Assembly: GCA_963802505.1 (NCBI GenBank)
Contig: CAWDJB010000003.1
Span: 188,073 to 252,072 of the forward strand
Length of the DNA: 64,000 bases
Direction: 5' to 3'
DNA from: an uncultured Acidimicrobiales bacterium
GTDB lineage: Bacteria; Actinomycetota; Acidimicrobiia; Acidimicrobiales; DATKAS01
The position numbers and the translations under genes are program-made. The notes under the pieces were generated by a model. That model did no database searches. It had not been told where the DNA came from and saw only the letters and a list, made by a program, of their open reading frames with translations. This document shows, piece by piece, positions 1-14,261 of the stretch (position 1 is its first letter; each line of letters begins with the position of its first letter).

Positions 1-531
1 GAGCACGACCGCGGCGTCGCCCGGAGCGATGTTCGACTTCGCGACCGCGTGGATGCCGACCGCGAGCGGCTCGGTGAGGGCGGCGTGTCGATGGCTGATG
101 CCGTTCGGCACCTTCATCGCGACGAGATCGCTGAGCAGCATCAGCTCGCCGTAGCCACCGGGGAACTGGTTCGAGTACCCGACCGCGTGGAGACCCCCTG
201 GATCGAACGCAACGGGCATCGAGACGACGACATCGCCCGGATTCAGGTTCGAGCAGTCCGGACCGACGTCGAGGACCTCGGCGCAGAACTCATGGCCCAT
301 GACGACGTCGAGCGCGGGATCCATCCGCACCTGCTGCACCGGCTCCGGCGGCGCGTGCTTCGCCAGCTCCTCGCCGAGCTCCTGCATGGCCGCGCCGTGC
401 TTGAGCATGTGGAGATCGGAGCCGCAGATGCCGCAGGCGAGCGTGCGCACCAACGCCTGGCCGGTTGCAGGGACCGGGTCAGGGACGTCGCGCACATCGA
501 GCGTCCAATTGCGCATCGTCGCGGCTCGCAT
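1..531 (-). CDS. Zn-dependent alcohol dehydrogenase (MDR family), 3' end runs off the window
   Basis: Hand translation from ATG at 531: MRAATMRNWTLDVRDVPDPVPATGQALVRTLACGICGSDLH...VMGHEFCAEV...AALTEPLAVGIHAV. Contains the catalytic-Zn motifs CGSDLH and GHE. Absent from the ORF track because it has no stop in the window. Confidence 0.85.
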   Translation of the reverse strand, partial: MRAATMRNWTLDVRDVPDPVPATGQALVRTLACGICGSDLHMLKHGAAMQELGEELAKHAPPEPVQQVRMDPALDVVMGHEFCAEVLDVGPDCSNLNPGDVVVSMPVAFDPGGLHAVGYSNQFPGGYGELMLLSDLVAMKVPNGISHRHAALTEPLAVGIHAVAKSNIAPGDAAVVL

Positions 532-567
532 GGACTCTGACGCTAGTGGCGCGCGACGCTGCCCGAC

Positions 568-879
568 ATGTCCGTCGTGAAGATCAACGCCATCGAGGTC
601 CCCGAGGGGATGGGCTCCGAGCTCGAGAAGCGCTTCGGCGCTCGGGTCGGAGAGGTCGAGAAGATGCCGGGGTTCGAAGCCTTCGAGCTGCTGCGCCCCA
701 CCGGAGGCGAGACGCGCTACTTCGTGTACACGCGTTGGGCGTCGGAGGAGGACTTCCAGAACTGGGTGTCGAGCTCAGCGTTCACTCGTGGTCACGCCGA
801 GGCGGGAGCGCGCGAAGGCCGTCCGCCCGTCGCCCACGGTGCTGCACTCCTCGAGTTCGAAGTCGTGATGACGGCCTGA
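568..879 (+). CDS. mhuD: Antibiotic biosynthesis monooxygenase family, MhuD/IsdG-like heme-degrading monooxygenase
   Basis: MSVVKINAIEVPEG..ELEKRF..PGFEAFELLRP..RYFVYTRW..LLEFEVV closely resembles mycobacterial MhuD. Asn7, Trp and His equivalents are present. Confidence 0.75.
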   Translation: MSVVKINAIEVPEGMGSELEKRFGARVGEVEKMPGFEAFELLRPTGGETRYFVYTRWASEEDFQNWVSSSAFTRGHAEAGAREGRPPVAHGAALLEFEVVMTA

Positions 880-880
880 G

Positions 881-2365
881 CTACGAAGGCGTGAGCTCGG
901 CCTCCGCGCCGATGCGCACCTTCTGGCCCACCCATTCACCTTCGGCGAGCAACGCCGCGACGCCACGATCTCGACCCACGCCCCACGTGCGTCTCCCATC
1001 CGCGAGGAGGCACGCGGCGAACGCGGTCTCGGGCACGCCCTCGCGGTCGTGCATCACCGTGTATCCCTCGATCACGGCGTCGCCCTGCCAGTCGTCGGCG
1101 AGCTCGCGTCGTGGAAGCGCATCGACTTCGTCTTGGGGATGCGCTGTGCGGAAGCCGGCTGCGGGCGGCGTCGTCGAGTAGACGCCGAACGCGTGCTTGG
1201 TCACGTAGCCGCCGTTCGCGCTCACGAAGCCGAACGCACCCGGCTCGTCGCGCAGTCGCTGCACCATCGTCGCGATCGCGTGCATGACGTAGTTGTTCCA
1301 AGGTCCGCCGGCGAAGCACAGCCCGCCGGTGACCGTGAGGTCGCGGTCGAGGCCGAACCCGAGCTCTTGCGCGCCGATCTGCACCGCCGACGGGAAGCAG
1401 GAGTACAGGTCGACGAACGCGAAGTCGTCGGCGTCCTTCTCGGCGAGCTGCATCGCGGCGCGGCCGGCAGTGCGGATCGCGGGAGACGAGTGAAGGTCGG
1501 CGCGGTTCGACACGTAGTCGTGGTCATGGGCATCGGCTCCGGCGTGGATGAACACCCACCGGTCTTCATTGATGCCGAGCTCGCGCGCCTTCTCGACGGA
1601 GGTCATGATCACCGCGGCCGACATGTCGACGTCGTTGTTCGAGTTCATGAGCTTCGGGTACGGCGTCCCGATCATCCGGTTGCTCGGCGACGGCGTGCGG
1701 ATCTCCTCTGCCGACTTCGCATCGCGCACCCACGCGTACGGATTGGCTGCCGCGACGTCGCTGAAGCGCGCCCACAGCTCGGACGTGCGCACCTGGTGAT
1801 CCGCCACCGCCTCGCCGCGATGAGCGCGCAGCGCGGTCTCGAACATCGGGTACACCTGCACCGGCATGACCACGCCGCGCTCGAGCTCGTACGGGTGGTT
1901 CATCCTCATCTCGGATCCGATGAGCCGTGTGGGCTGGACGTCATCGGCTTGCTTGTCCCATGCGAGGACCGCGTCGGTGCGTCGTGCCCGCATCCGCGTT
2001 CGCCACGCCTCGCCTCCCATCAGCACCGCGCAGTCGATCGACCCGTCGAGGATCTCGCTCGCGGTCAGGTTGACGAGCGATTGGGGGGTGTTGCCGCCCG
2101 CCGGCGTGTACGCCGTCTCGGCGGGATGGATGCCGAGCCGAGCCGCGATGAGAGCCGCTGGGTCCCGGTAGCGCCACGACAGCAGCTGCACCACACGCAG
2201 CGACTGGGCGTGGGAGAGGACGTTCGCCGCGCCGGTGTCGGCTGCCGCCGCCCGCACTGCCTCGACGATGAGGTCGACCGGGCTGAGGGCGTCGTCGAGG
2301 CCGTCGGCCCGATGCAGGTGCTGGCCGACGCCGACGATGACGGGGCTGCGCGGATCAGGAGCCAT
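881..2365 (-). CDS. Acetyl-CoA acetyltransferase (thiolase-like, non-canonical actinobacterial family)
   Basis: [25 protein letters not shown] and [16 protein letters not shown] motifs. TATCGT -10 box 6 nt upstream of the ATG. Confidence 0.85.
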   Translation of the reverse strand: MAPDPRSPVIVGVGQHLHRADGLDDALSPVDLIVEAVRAAAADTGAANVLSHAQSLRVVQLLSWRYRDPAALIAARLGIHPAETAYTPAGGNTPQSLVNLTASEILDGSIDCAVLMGGEAWRTRMRARRTDAVLAWDKQADDVQPTRLIGSEMRMNHPYELERGVVMPVQVYPMFETALRAHRGEAVADHQVRTSELWARFSDVAAANPYAWVRDAKSAEEIRTPSPSNRMIGTPYPKLMNSNNDVDMSAAVIMTSVEKARELGINEDRWVFIHAGADAHDHDYVSNRADLHSSPAIRTAGRAAMQLAEKDADDFAFVDLYSCFPSAVQIGAQELGFGLDRDLTVTGGLCFAGGPWNNYVMHAIATMVQRLRDEPGAFGFVSANGGYVTKHAFGVYSTTPPAAGFRTAHPQDEVDALPRRELADDWQGDAVIEGYTVMHDREGVPETAFAACLLADGRRTWGVGRDRGVAALLAEGEWVGQKVRIGAEAELTPS

Positions 2366-2397
2366 GGTCGGACGATACGCGTCGGTACACTCGCCGC

Positions 2398-3642
2398 GTG
2401 CCTTGGCCCTCGGAACGCGACGACGAGCTCTTCTCCGTCATCGACCAGGAGGTCGAGCGGCAGAACACGACGCTGCAGCTGATCGCGTCCGAGAACTTCG
2501 CGTCTCCGGCGGTGCTCGCGGCCAACGGCTCAGTGCTCAACAACAAGTACTCCGAGGGCTACCCGGGGAAGCGCTACTACGGCGGCAATCGCTTCATCGA
2601 CGAGGCCGAAGACCTCGCGCGTGAGCGGGTCAAGGCGCTCTTCGGCGCCGAGGCAGCGAACGTGCAGCCCCACTCGGGCGCCAACGCCAACATCGCGGCA
2701 TACCTGGCGCTGCTCGAGCCCGGCGACACGGTGATGGGTCTGCGCCTCGACCAGGGCGGCCATCTCACGCACGGCTCGCCCGTGAACGCGAGCGGCAAGC
2801 TGTTCCGTTTCGTCGCCTACGGCCTCACGCCCTCAGACGAACGCATCGACCTCGACCAGGTCCGCGACCTCGCGCTCGCCGAGCGTCCGAAGATGATCAT
2901 CACGGGCGCAACGGCCTACCCGCGGATCATCGACGCCGAGCCGTTCCGCGAGATCGCCGACGAGGTCGGCGCGCTGTTCCTCTTCGACGCGGCGCACATC
3001 GCGGGCCTCATCGCCGGCGGCGCGCATCCGTCGCCCATTCCATACTCCGACGTCGTGACCTTCACCACGCACAAGACGCTGCGCGGCCCGCGCGGTGGCT
3101 GCATCGTGTCGAAGGCCGAGCACGGCACCGCCATCGACAAGGCGGTGTTCCCGGGCCTCCAGGGTGGTCCGCTGGAACACGTCATCGCGGCGAAGGCAGT
3201 CGCCTTCCACGAAGCGGCGCATCCGACGTTCAAGGACTATGCCGCGCAGATCGTGAAGAACGCGCAGGCGCTCGCCGCGGCGCTCGCCGCCGAGGGCTTC
3301 CGCCTCGTGTCGGGCGGCACCGACACCCACCTGATGCTCGTCGACCTGCGCACGTTCGACAGCGAGCTCACCGGCAAGATCGCTCAGGAGTCGCTCGATC
3401 GCGCCGGCATCACGCTGAACAAGAACACGATCCCCGACGACCCGCGCTCGCCGTTCGTCACGAGCGGGGTGCGCATCGGCACCCCTGCAGTCACGACGCA
3501 GGGGATGAAAGAGCCCGAGATGGCACAGATCGCGGAGCTGATCGCTCGCGCGCTTCGCCACCGGGACGACGAGACCGCGCAGGCCGCCGTGCGAGGCGAA
3601 GTCAACGCGCTGTGCTCGAAGTTCGTGCCGTACCCGGGGTGA
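2398..3642 (+). CDS. glyA: Serine hydroxymethyltransferase
   Basis: [29 protein letters not shown] and the PLP-lysine motif [12 protein letters not shown]. Confidence 0.98.
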   Translation: MPWPSERDDELFSVIDQEVERQNTTLQLIASENFASPAVLAANGSVLNNKYSEGYPGKRYYGGNRFIDEAEDLARERVKALFGAEAANVQPHSGANANIAAYLALLEPGDTVMGLRLDQGGHLTHGSPVNASGKLFRFVAYGLTPSDERIDLDQVRDLALAERPKMIITGATAYPRIIDAEPFREIADEVGALFLFDAAHIAGLIAGGAHPSPIPYSDVVTFTTHKTLRGPRGGCIVSKAEHGTAIDKAVFPGLQGGPLEHVIAAKAVAFHEAAHPTFKDYAAQIVKNAQALAAALAAEGFRLVSGGTDTHLMLVDLRTFDSELTGKIAQESLDRAGITLNKNTIPDDPRSPFVTSGVRIGTPAVTTQGMKEPEMAQIAELIARALRHRDDETAQAAVRGEVNALCSKFVPYPG

Positions 3643-3686
3643 GTGGCCCGGGTCTCTCGCCCGTCGCGACGTAGGCTGGCCTCTCG

Positions 3687-4799
3687 ATGCCGGGCCTGGG
3701 CGCCTACCTGACGATCGGTGGAGTCGCCGCGGTCGCGACTTTCCTCCTCACGCCGATCGTTCGCGCGCTCTCGATCAAATTCGGCGCTGTCGTCGCACCG
3801 GACGAGCGGCGCGTGCACGATCACCCGACGGCGACGCTCGGCGGCGTCGCCATGTTCGGCGCGTTCCTCTTGGCGATGTTCGTCGCCTGGCGCCTCGACG
3901 CGTTCCAGCTCGTGTTCACGTCGTCGTCCGAGCCGCTCGGCGTCGTGCTCGGCGCGGCGATCATCTTCACCGTCGGCCTGCTCGACGACCTCTACGAGTG
4001 GTCTGCGCCCGCGAAGGTGTCGGGCATCGTGCTCGCCGGCGGCGTGATGTCGCTGCTCGGCATCACGATGTTCTACTTCCGCATCCCGTTCTTCGGGCTG
4101 GTGGTGCTGTCGCCTGACCTCGCGCCGCTCGTGACCGTGCTGTGGGTCGCGGGAATGGCCAACGCGGTCAACCTGATCGACGGGCTCGACGGGCTCGCCG
4201 CCGGCACCGTCGCCATCGCCGCGGGTGCGTTCTTTCTCTACGCGCAACGGCTGAACGATGCGGGGCTGCTCGCGGAGGGCTCGATCTCGCCGATGGTGTC
4301 GGTGATCGTGCTCGGGATGTGCGTCGGGTTCTTACCCCACAACTTCCATCCGGCGCGCATCTTCATGGGTGACTGCGGCGCGCTCCTGCTCGGCCTCCTC
4401 ATGGCCGCGTCGACGATCGTCGTCGGTGGTCGTGCGAGCGAGCCGTTCAGCGGCCAGACGTACTTCTTCTTCGCTCCGCTCTTCATCCCGCTGTTCATCC
4501 TCGGTGTGCCGATCCTCGACACCGCGTTCGCGATCGTCCGTCGCGCGACCCGACGCGCCGGCGTCGCGACTGCCGACAAGGACCACCTGCATCACCGGCT
4601 GATGCGCCTCGGCCACGGGCACCGCCGCAGCGTCCTCATCCTCTGGACGTGGACGGCGATCCTCTCGGGGTTCGTGCTGTACCCGACGTTCGCCAAGGAG
4701 GGCGACGCGATCGTGCCGTTCGGTGTCGCCGCGATCGGCCTCGCGCTGTACATGCTCCTGCACCCCGGGGTGCGAAGAGCTCGCGCCGACGACCGCTGA
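3687..4799 (+). CDS. MraY-family undecaprenyl/decaprenyl-phosphate GlcNAc-1-phosphate transferase (WecA/TagO/Rfe-like)
   Basis: Multi-TM protein with GLLDD, NAVNLIDGLDGLA, IFMGDCG and DKDHLHHRL motifs. Sits in the usual actinobacterial position between glyA and atp. Confidence 0.92.
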   Translation: MPGLGAYLTIGGVAAVATFLLTPIVRALSIKFGAVVAPDERRVHDHPTATLGGVAMFGAFLLAMFVAWRLDAFQLVFTSSSEPLGVVLGAAIIFTVGLLDDLYEWSAPAKVSGIVLAGGVMSLLGITMFYFRIPFFGLVVLSPDLAPLVTVLWVAGMANAVNLIDGLDGLAAGTVAIAAGAFFLYAQRLNDAGLLAEGSISPMVSVIVLGMCVGFLPHNFHPARIFMGDCGALLLGLLMAASTIVVGGRASEPFSGQTYFFFAPLFIPLFILGVPILDTAFAIVRRATRRAGVATADKDHLHHRLMRLGHGHRRSVLILWTWTAILSGFVLYPTFAKEGDAIVPFGVAAIGLALYMLLHPGVRRARADDR

Positions 4800-4892
4800 A
4801 CGCGCGCGCCCCGGCAACCGGGAAGCCGGGGACGCGACCGCGCGGGAGGCTCCGCTAGCGTGCCCCGACCGGGTTCGGGCGTCGTAGGTGGG

Positions 4893-4938
4893 TTGCGCGT
4901 CTCTGCCACTTCTGGTTAGATTGAGAAAACATTCACAA
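4893..4938 (+). promoter_or_regulatory. atp operon promoter with Rex-like operator
   Basis: -35 TTGCGC (4893-4898), 18 nt, -10 TAGATT (4917-4922). It overlaps TTGAGAA-AACA-TTCACAA (4921-4938), one mismatch from the Rex consensus TTGTGAA-N4-TTCACAA. Confidence 0.75.
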
Positions 4939-4997
4939 AGTGCCGGAAGGCACCGAGGGATCGGTGTCGCGAAGGCGCCGGACGAGACGGGAAACCC

Positions 4998-5260
4998 GTG
5001 GAGCATCGAGCGCGACGCGAGCTCAACAACGGATTCGGGGATGCGATGGCGCGGGCCGTCGAGCTCTGCCTCACCCCCGTGATCTTGGGTGGCCTCGGCT
5101 GGTTGATCGACCGTTGGCTCGGCACCTGGCCGGTCTTCGCGCTCCTCTTCTTCGTCTTCACGCTCGGCTACGTGATCTGGAAGATGTTCGTGCGCTACGA
5201 GCACGAGATGCGCACTCATGAGGCACGCCTGCCGGGACGGCGCGAGCCCGGAGCGTCGAC

Positions 5261-5264
<4 letters not shown>
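4998..5264 (+). CDS. AtpZ/AtpI-family ATP synthase accessory protein
   Basis: Small 2-TM protein with GGLGWLIDRWLGT motif, first gene of the atp operon. Confidence 0.8.
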
Positions 5265-6753
<1,489 letters not shown>

Positions 6754-6765
6754 CAGGAGGCCTCA

Positions 6766-7434
6766 GTGCGCACCCGAAAGCTCGTCATCGCCACTCTCGT
6801 CGCGGCACTCGGTGTCTTCGCGCTCGCCGGATCAGCGTCGGCAGCGGTCACCCACCCGCGTGAGCCCGCGGGCGAGGCGGAGGAGGAGTGCATCCAGAAG
6901 CTGGAGGCCGGCGGCTCGATCGACGACTGCCAAGAGGCGCCCAGCCCGATCAAGCCCGCGAACAACGAGCTGATCTGGGGTGCCCTCTCGTTCGCCGTGC
7001 TGCTCTTCCTCATGTGGAAGTTCGCCTATCCGGGCATCAAGAAGGGCATGCAGGACCGTTCCGACCGCATCCGCAAGAGCGTCGAGGACGCCGACAACGC
7101 CAAGATGCAAGCGGAGACCGAGCTCGCCCAGTACCGCGCCCAGCTCGCGGACGCGAAGAACGAGTCGGCCCGCATCGTCGAAGAGGCGCGTCAGCAGGCC
7201 GACGCGCTCAAGCGCGAGCGTGAGGCAGCGCTGCAGGCCGAGCTCGCTTCGATGCGTGAACGCGCCGCGGCCGACATCGAGTCGTCGAAGGCGCAAGCCG
7301 TCGCCGACCTTCGTGCCGAAGTCGCTCGCCTCGCCATCGGTGCCGCGGAGGTCGTCGTGCAGCACAACCTGGACGCGACCACCCAGATTCAGCTCGTCGA
7401 GAACTACATCAGCCAGGTCGGGGCGAACGCGTGA
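6766..7434 (+). CDS. atpF: F0 subunit b with N-terminal signal-peptide-like extension
   Basis: ELIWGALSFAVLLFLMWKFAYP TM helix followed by an Ala/Glu/Arg coiled coil. Operon position between atpE and atpH. Confidence 0.93.
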   Translation: MRTRKLVIATLVAALGVFALAGSASAAVTHPREPAGEAEEECIQKLEAGGSIDDCQEAPSPIKPANNELIWGALSFAVLLFLMWKFAYPGIKKGMQDRSDRIRKSVEDADNAKMQAETELAQYRAQLADAKNESARIVEEARQQADALKREREAALQAELASMRERAAADIESSKAQAVADLRAEVARLAIGAAEVVVQHNLDATTQIQLVENYISQVGANA

Positions 7435-7962
7435 GCACGCAGGACCGCATCGACGGCTACGCCACCGCCCTCTTCGAGGTCGCGCGGGCGGAGGGCTCCC
7501 TCGACGAGGTCGAGGACGAGCTGTTCCGCTTCGCCCGCACGCTCGAGGGCAGCGACGACCTGCGCAACGTGCTCGTCGACGAAGCCATCCCGGCCGTGCG
7601 CCGCGAGGGCATCGTCGAGGAGCTGTTGGGCGGCAAGGCGTCGACCGTCACGACCTCACTGGTCAGCTTCGTGGTCGGGGCTGGCCGGGCTCGTGACCTT
7701 CCGGCGATCATCGACCAGCTCGTCGCCCGCGCTGCGGCCGAGAAGCAGCTGGCCGTCGCCGAGGTGCGGTCCGCGATCGCGCTCGACGCCCGATCAGGAG
7801 GCCCGACTCACCGAGGCGCTCAACAAGGCCACGGGGAAGAAGGTGCAGCTCCACGTGATCGTGGATCCGTCGGTGCTGGGCGGCCTCGTCGCATCAGTGG
7901 GCGACACGGTCATCGACGGCACCGTCAAGGAACGCCTCAACCAGCTGAAGACCCTGCTCTAA
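7431..7962 (+). CDS. atpH: F1 subunit delta, interrupted by a +1 frameshift near 7790 (probable sequence error)
   Basis: N-half [25 protein letters not shown], then an extra C in GACGCCCGATCAG, then C-half [12 protein letters not shown]...[18 protein letters not shown]. Confidence 0.92.
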
Positions 7963-7990
7963 GAGCTCTACGAGACGGAGAACGAAACGC

Positions 7991-9586
<1,596 letters not shown>

Positions 9587-9602
9587 TCGGGGAGCTTTCG
9601 AC

Positions 9603-10565
9603 ATGGCAGGTGGGCAGGAGCGCATCCTCAAGCGCCGCATCAAGACGGTTCAGGCGACCAAGAAGATCACGCGCGCCATGGAGCTCATCGCGGCGAGCCG
9701 CATCGCCCGCGCCCAGGAGCGCGTGCGCGCGGCGGTGCCTTACAGCGAGCAGATCACCGAGGTCGTGAAGGACCTTGCCGCCGCGGCCGGCGCCGAGGTG
9801 CGCAGCCCACTGCTCGAGTCGAGACCCGAGGTTCGGCGCGAGGCCTTTCTCGTGCTCGTCGCCGACCGTGGCCTGTGTGGCGGCTACAACTCGTCGGTCC
9901 TGCGGGCCGCGGAGGGCGAGGTGAAGCGCATCGCGCTCGAGGGCAAGGAGTACGGCCTGATCTCAGTCGGTCGCAAGGCCGAGACCTACTTCCGCTTCCG
10001 CGGGTACACCACCGATGCCTCGTTCACCGGCTTCTCCGAGCGGCCGACGTACGCGGATGCCAAGGCCATCGCGGCGAGCGTCATGGGGATGTACGAGCGC
10101 GGTGAGATCGACCGCGTCGAGATCATCTACACGCGCTTCATCAGCGCCGGCGTGCAAGAGGTGCTGCAGCGACCGCTGATCCCACTCGACCGCGCAGTGG
10201 TCGAAGGCGGCGACGCGATGCCGACCGCAGCCGACGGCCACGAAGGGCCGCAGGCGTCGTATGAGTTCGAGCCGTCCCCCGACGCGATCCTCGACAGCCT
10301 GCTGCCGCGCTACGTCGAGGCCCGCATCTACGCCGCGCTGCTCAACGCGTCGGCCTCCGAGCAAGCCGCGCGCCAGCGGGCCATGAAGGCGGCCACCGAC
10401 AACGCCGAAGACCTCATCATCAACCTCTCGCGCATCATGAACCGCGCCCGCCAGGACGCGATCACCACCGAGATCATGGAGATCGTCGGCGGTGCCGAGG
10501 CGCTGAAGTCCGACGAGGTCGAGGAACACCACGTCCACATCGATTTCGAAATTTCGACTCCGTAG
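9603..10565 (+). CDS. atpG: F1 subunit gamma
   Basis: ATG at 9603 after GGGAG. KKITRAMELIAAS, DRGLCGGYN and ARQDAITTEIMEIVGG. Confidence 0.98.
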   Translation: MAGGQERILKRRIKTVQATKKITRAMELIAASRIARAQERVRAAVPYSEQITEVVKDLAAAAGAEVRSPLLESRPEVRREAFLVLVADRGLCGGYNSSVLRAAEGEVKRIALEGKEYGLISVGRKAETYFRFRGYTTDASFTGFSERPTYADAKAIAASVMGMYERGEIDRVEIIYTRFISAGVQEVLQRPLIPLDRAVVEGGDAMPTAADGHEGPQASYEFEPSPDAILDSLLPRYVEARIYAALLNASASEQAARQRAMKAATDNAEDLIINLSRIMNRARQDAITTEIMEIVGGAEALKSDEVEEHHVHIDFEISTP

Positions 10566-12422
<1,857 letters not shown>

Positions 12423-12424
<2 letters not shown>

Positions 12425-12498
12425 GCCGTCGGGACGGCTCGTCCGCCGAACTTGCCAAAAAGGCTCGGAGCGGGAAGTGCCCGCCGCACCTCCCGCTC
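12423..12498 (+). terminator. Tandem hairpins after the atp operon (probable terminator)
   Basis: GAGCCGTC-GG-GACGGCTC (12423-12440) and GAGCGGGAAGTGC-CCGCC-GCACCTCCCGCTC (12468-12498, one mismatch). Confidence 0.6.
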
Positions 12499-12619
12499 AC
12501 GATCCTGTTTCCGCCACCTGTTCTGCGAGCAGCATGCTCCGCGTGGGGTGTTCGCGCTGTACCGCTGAGCACTCCGTTGCGTTGACGTCGGTCACACTCG
12601 CCTGGGACACACTGGGACG

Positions 12620-13477
12620 GTGCCGAAGTTTCGACTCGCGTCCGCGTTGCTGATCCCCGCGCCGGTCGCCACCGAGATCGACGGGCTGCGACGCGCGTGC
12701 GGCGATGCGATGTTCGGCAGGGTCGACGCGCACGTGACCCTCGTGGAACCGATCAATGTGCGCGAAGAGGCGCTCGGCGCCGCCGAGGGTGTGATGCGAG
12801 ACGCCGCAGCAGCAGTCAGCGGCCCGATCACCCTGACCTTTGGCCCGGCGCGCTCGTTCCACCCCGACTCGCCGGTGCTGTACCTCGCGGTCGAGGGCGA
12901 CCTCGACGAGCTCACGGCCCTGCGCGGTGCGATGCGCACTGGCCCTTTCGAGCGGGAGGGAGCGTGGCCATTCGTTCCCCACGTCACGATCGGCACCGAC
13001 CTCTCCGAGGATCGTCTGCGCGCCGGCGTCGAGGCCCTGACCGACTACTCGGTGAGCGTGACGCTGAGCCACGTGCAGGTCCTCCAGGAGACGCGCGACG
13101 AGGACGAGGTGCGCCGATGGCGCCCGATCGCCGACGCGGCCCTCGGCGGCCGCTCCGTGTCGGGGCGGGGCGGCATCGAGCTCGAGGTCACCGAGGCCGT
13201 CGGGTCGGCGTGCACCCTGACAGCCCGTCACGACGGCCGCGTCGTCGGCGAGCTGCGGGGCTGGGTCGACGGCGAGCTCGCCCACCTCGCCTGGCTCGAC
13301 GTGAGCGAAGGCGATCGCGGGCTCGGCGTCGGCCGGCGGCTGCTCGCGGCCTTCGAGGACCTCGGGCGTCGCCGGGGAGCGTCCCGGCTCGTCGCCTCAC
13401 CGCCGGGCTCGATGCCCGACTTCTTGCGCGCTCGGGGATGGCGCGACGAGGGTGGCGCAGTGGTGCGAGACGTGTGA
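12620..13477 (+). CDS. 2H phosphoesterase (2'-5' RNA ligase-like) fused to a C-terminal GNAT acetyltransferase
   Basis: Two HxT motifs (AHVTL, PHVTI) plus the GNAT acetyl-CoA motif VSEGDRGLGVGRRLL. Confidence 0.8.
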   Translation: MPKFRLASALLIPAPVATEIDGLRRACGDAMFGRVDAHVTLVEPINVREEALGAAEGVMRDAAAAVSGPITLTFGPARSFHPDSPVLYLAVEGDLDELTALRGAMRTGPFEREGAWPFVPHVTIGTDLSEDRLRAGVEALTDYSVSVTLSHVQVLQETRDEDEVRRWRPIADAALGGRSVSGRGGIELEVTEAVGSACTLTARHDGRVVGELRGWVDGELAHLAWLDVSEGDRGLGVGRRLLAAFEDLGRRRGASRLVASPPGSMPDFLRARGWRDEGGAVVRDV

Positions 13478-14259
13478 ACGAGCATCTCCCGACGAAGCAT
13501 CCATGGAAGACGGCCCTGGTCACAGGGGCGTCGAGCGGCATCGGTGAGGCGATGGCGACGCTGCTCGCCGCGAACGGCGTGCACGTCGTCGCGGTGGCGC
13601 GGCGCGAAGACCGACTCGACGCGCTGGCCGCGGAGATGCCGACCGGGACGGTCGAAGTGCTCGCGGCCGATCTCACGAAGAAGAAGCAGCTCGCGCACGT
13701 GGCCGAGCGCGCTCGCGACGTCGACCTGCTCGTGAACAACGCCGGGTTCGGCACGTCCGGGCCGTTCGCACACTCCGATCCGAAGCGCAATCAGCGCGAG
13801 GTCAAGCTGAACGTGCTCGCCGTCGTCACGCTCACTCGCTCCGCGCTCGACGGGATGGTGGAGCGCGGTCGAGGCTGGATATGCAATGTCTCGTCGGTGG
13901 TCGGCTTCCAGGCCGCACCGAACCTCACCGTCTACGCGGCGACGAAGGCGTTCGTCACGAGCTTCACCGAAGGGCTGCACGAGGAGCTCCGCGGCACAGA
14001 CGTCTCGGCGACCGCGTTGTGCCCCGGGCTCACGCGCACGGAGTTCCAGTCGGTGAGCAGCTCGCGCGAACAGTCGCGGGACTACCCGGAGTTCGCGTGG
14101 ATGTCCGCCGCCGAGGTCGCGACGATCGGCCTCGCTGATACGGCAGAGCGACGCGCGGTCTCAGTCCCCGGCTTCGCGAACAAGGTGTTCGTCACGACGG
14201 CGGACGTGCTGCCCCGCGGGCTCGTGCGCCGCATCGCGGGAATCGTCCAATCCCGCTGA
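13474..14259 (+). CDS. Short-chain dehydrogenase/reductase
   Basis: GTGA overlap with the upstream gene. TGASSGIG, NNAGFG and YAATK motifs. Confidence 0.92.
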   Translation: MNEHLPTKHPWKTALVTGASSGIGEAMATLLAANGVHVVAVARREDRLDALAAEMPTGTVEVLAADLTKKKQLAHVAERARDVDLLVNNAGFGTSGPFAHSDPKRNQREVKLNVLAVVTLTRSALDGMVERGRGWICNVSSVVGFQAAPNLTVYAATKAFVTSFTEGLHEELRGTDVSATALCPGLTRTEFQSVSSSREQSRDYPEFAWMSAAEVATIGLADTAERRAVSVPGFANKVFVTTADVLPRGLVRRIAGIVQSR

Positions 14260-14261
14260 GC

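Noticed and set aside
12697-14259. 520-aa ORF suggesting a long N-terminal extension on the SDR
   Set aside because: The upstream part is off-frame overlap with the 2H-GNAT gene. The SDR plausibly starts at GTG 13474.
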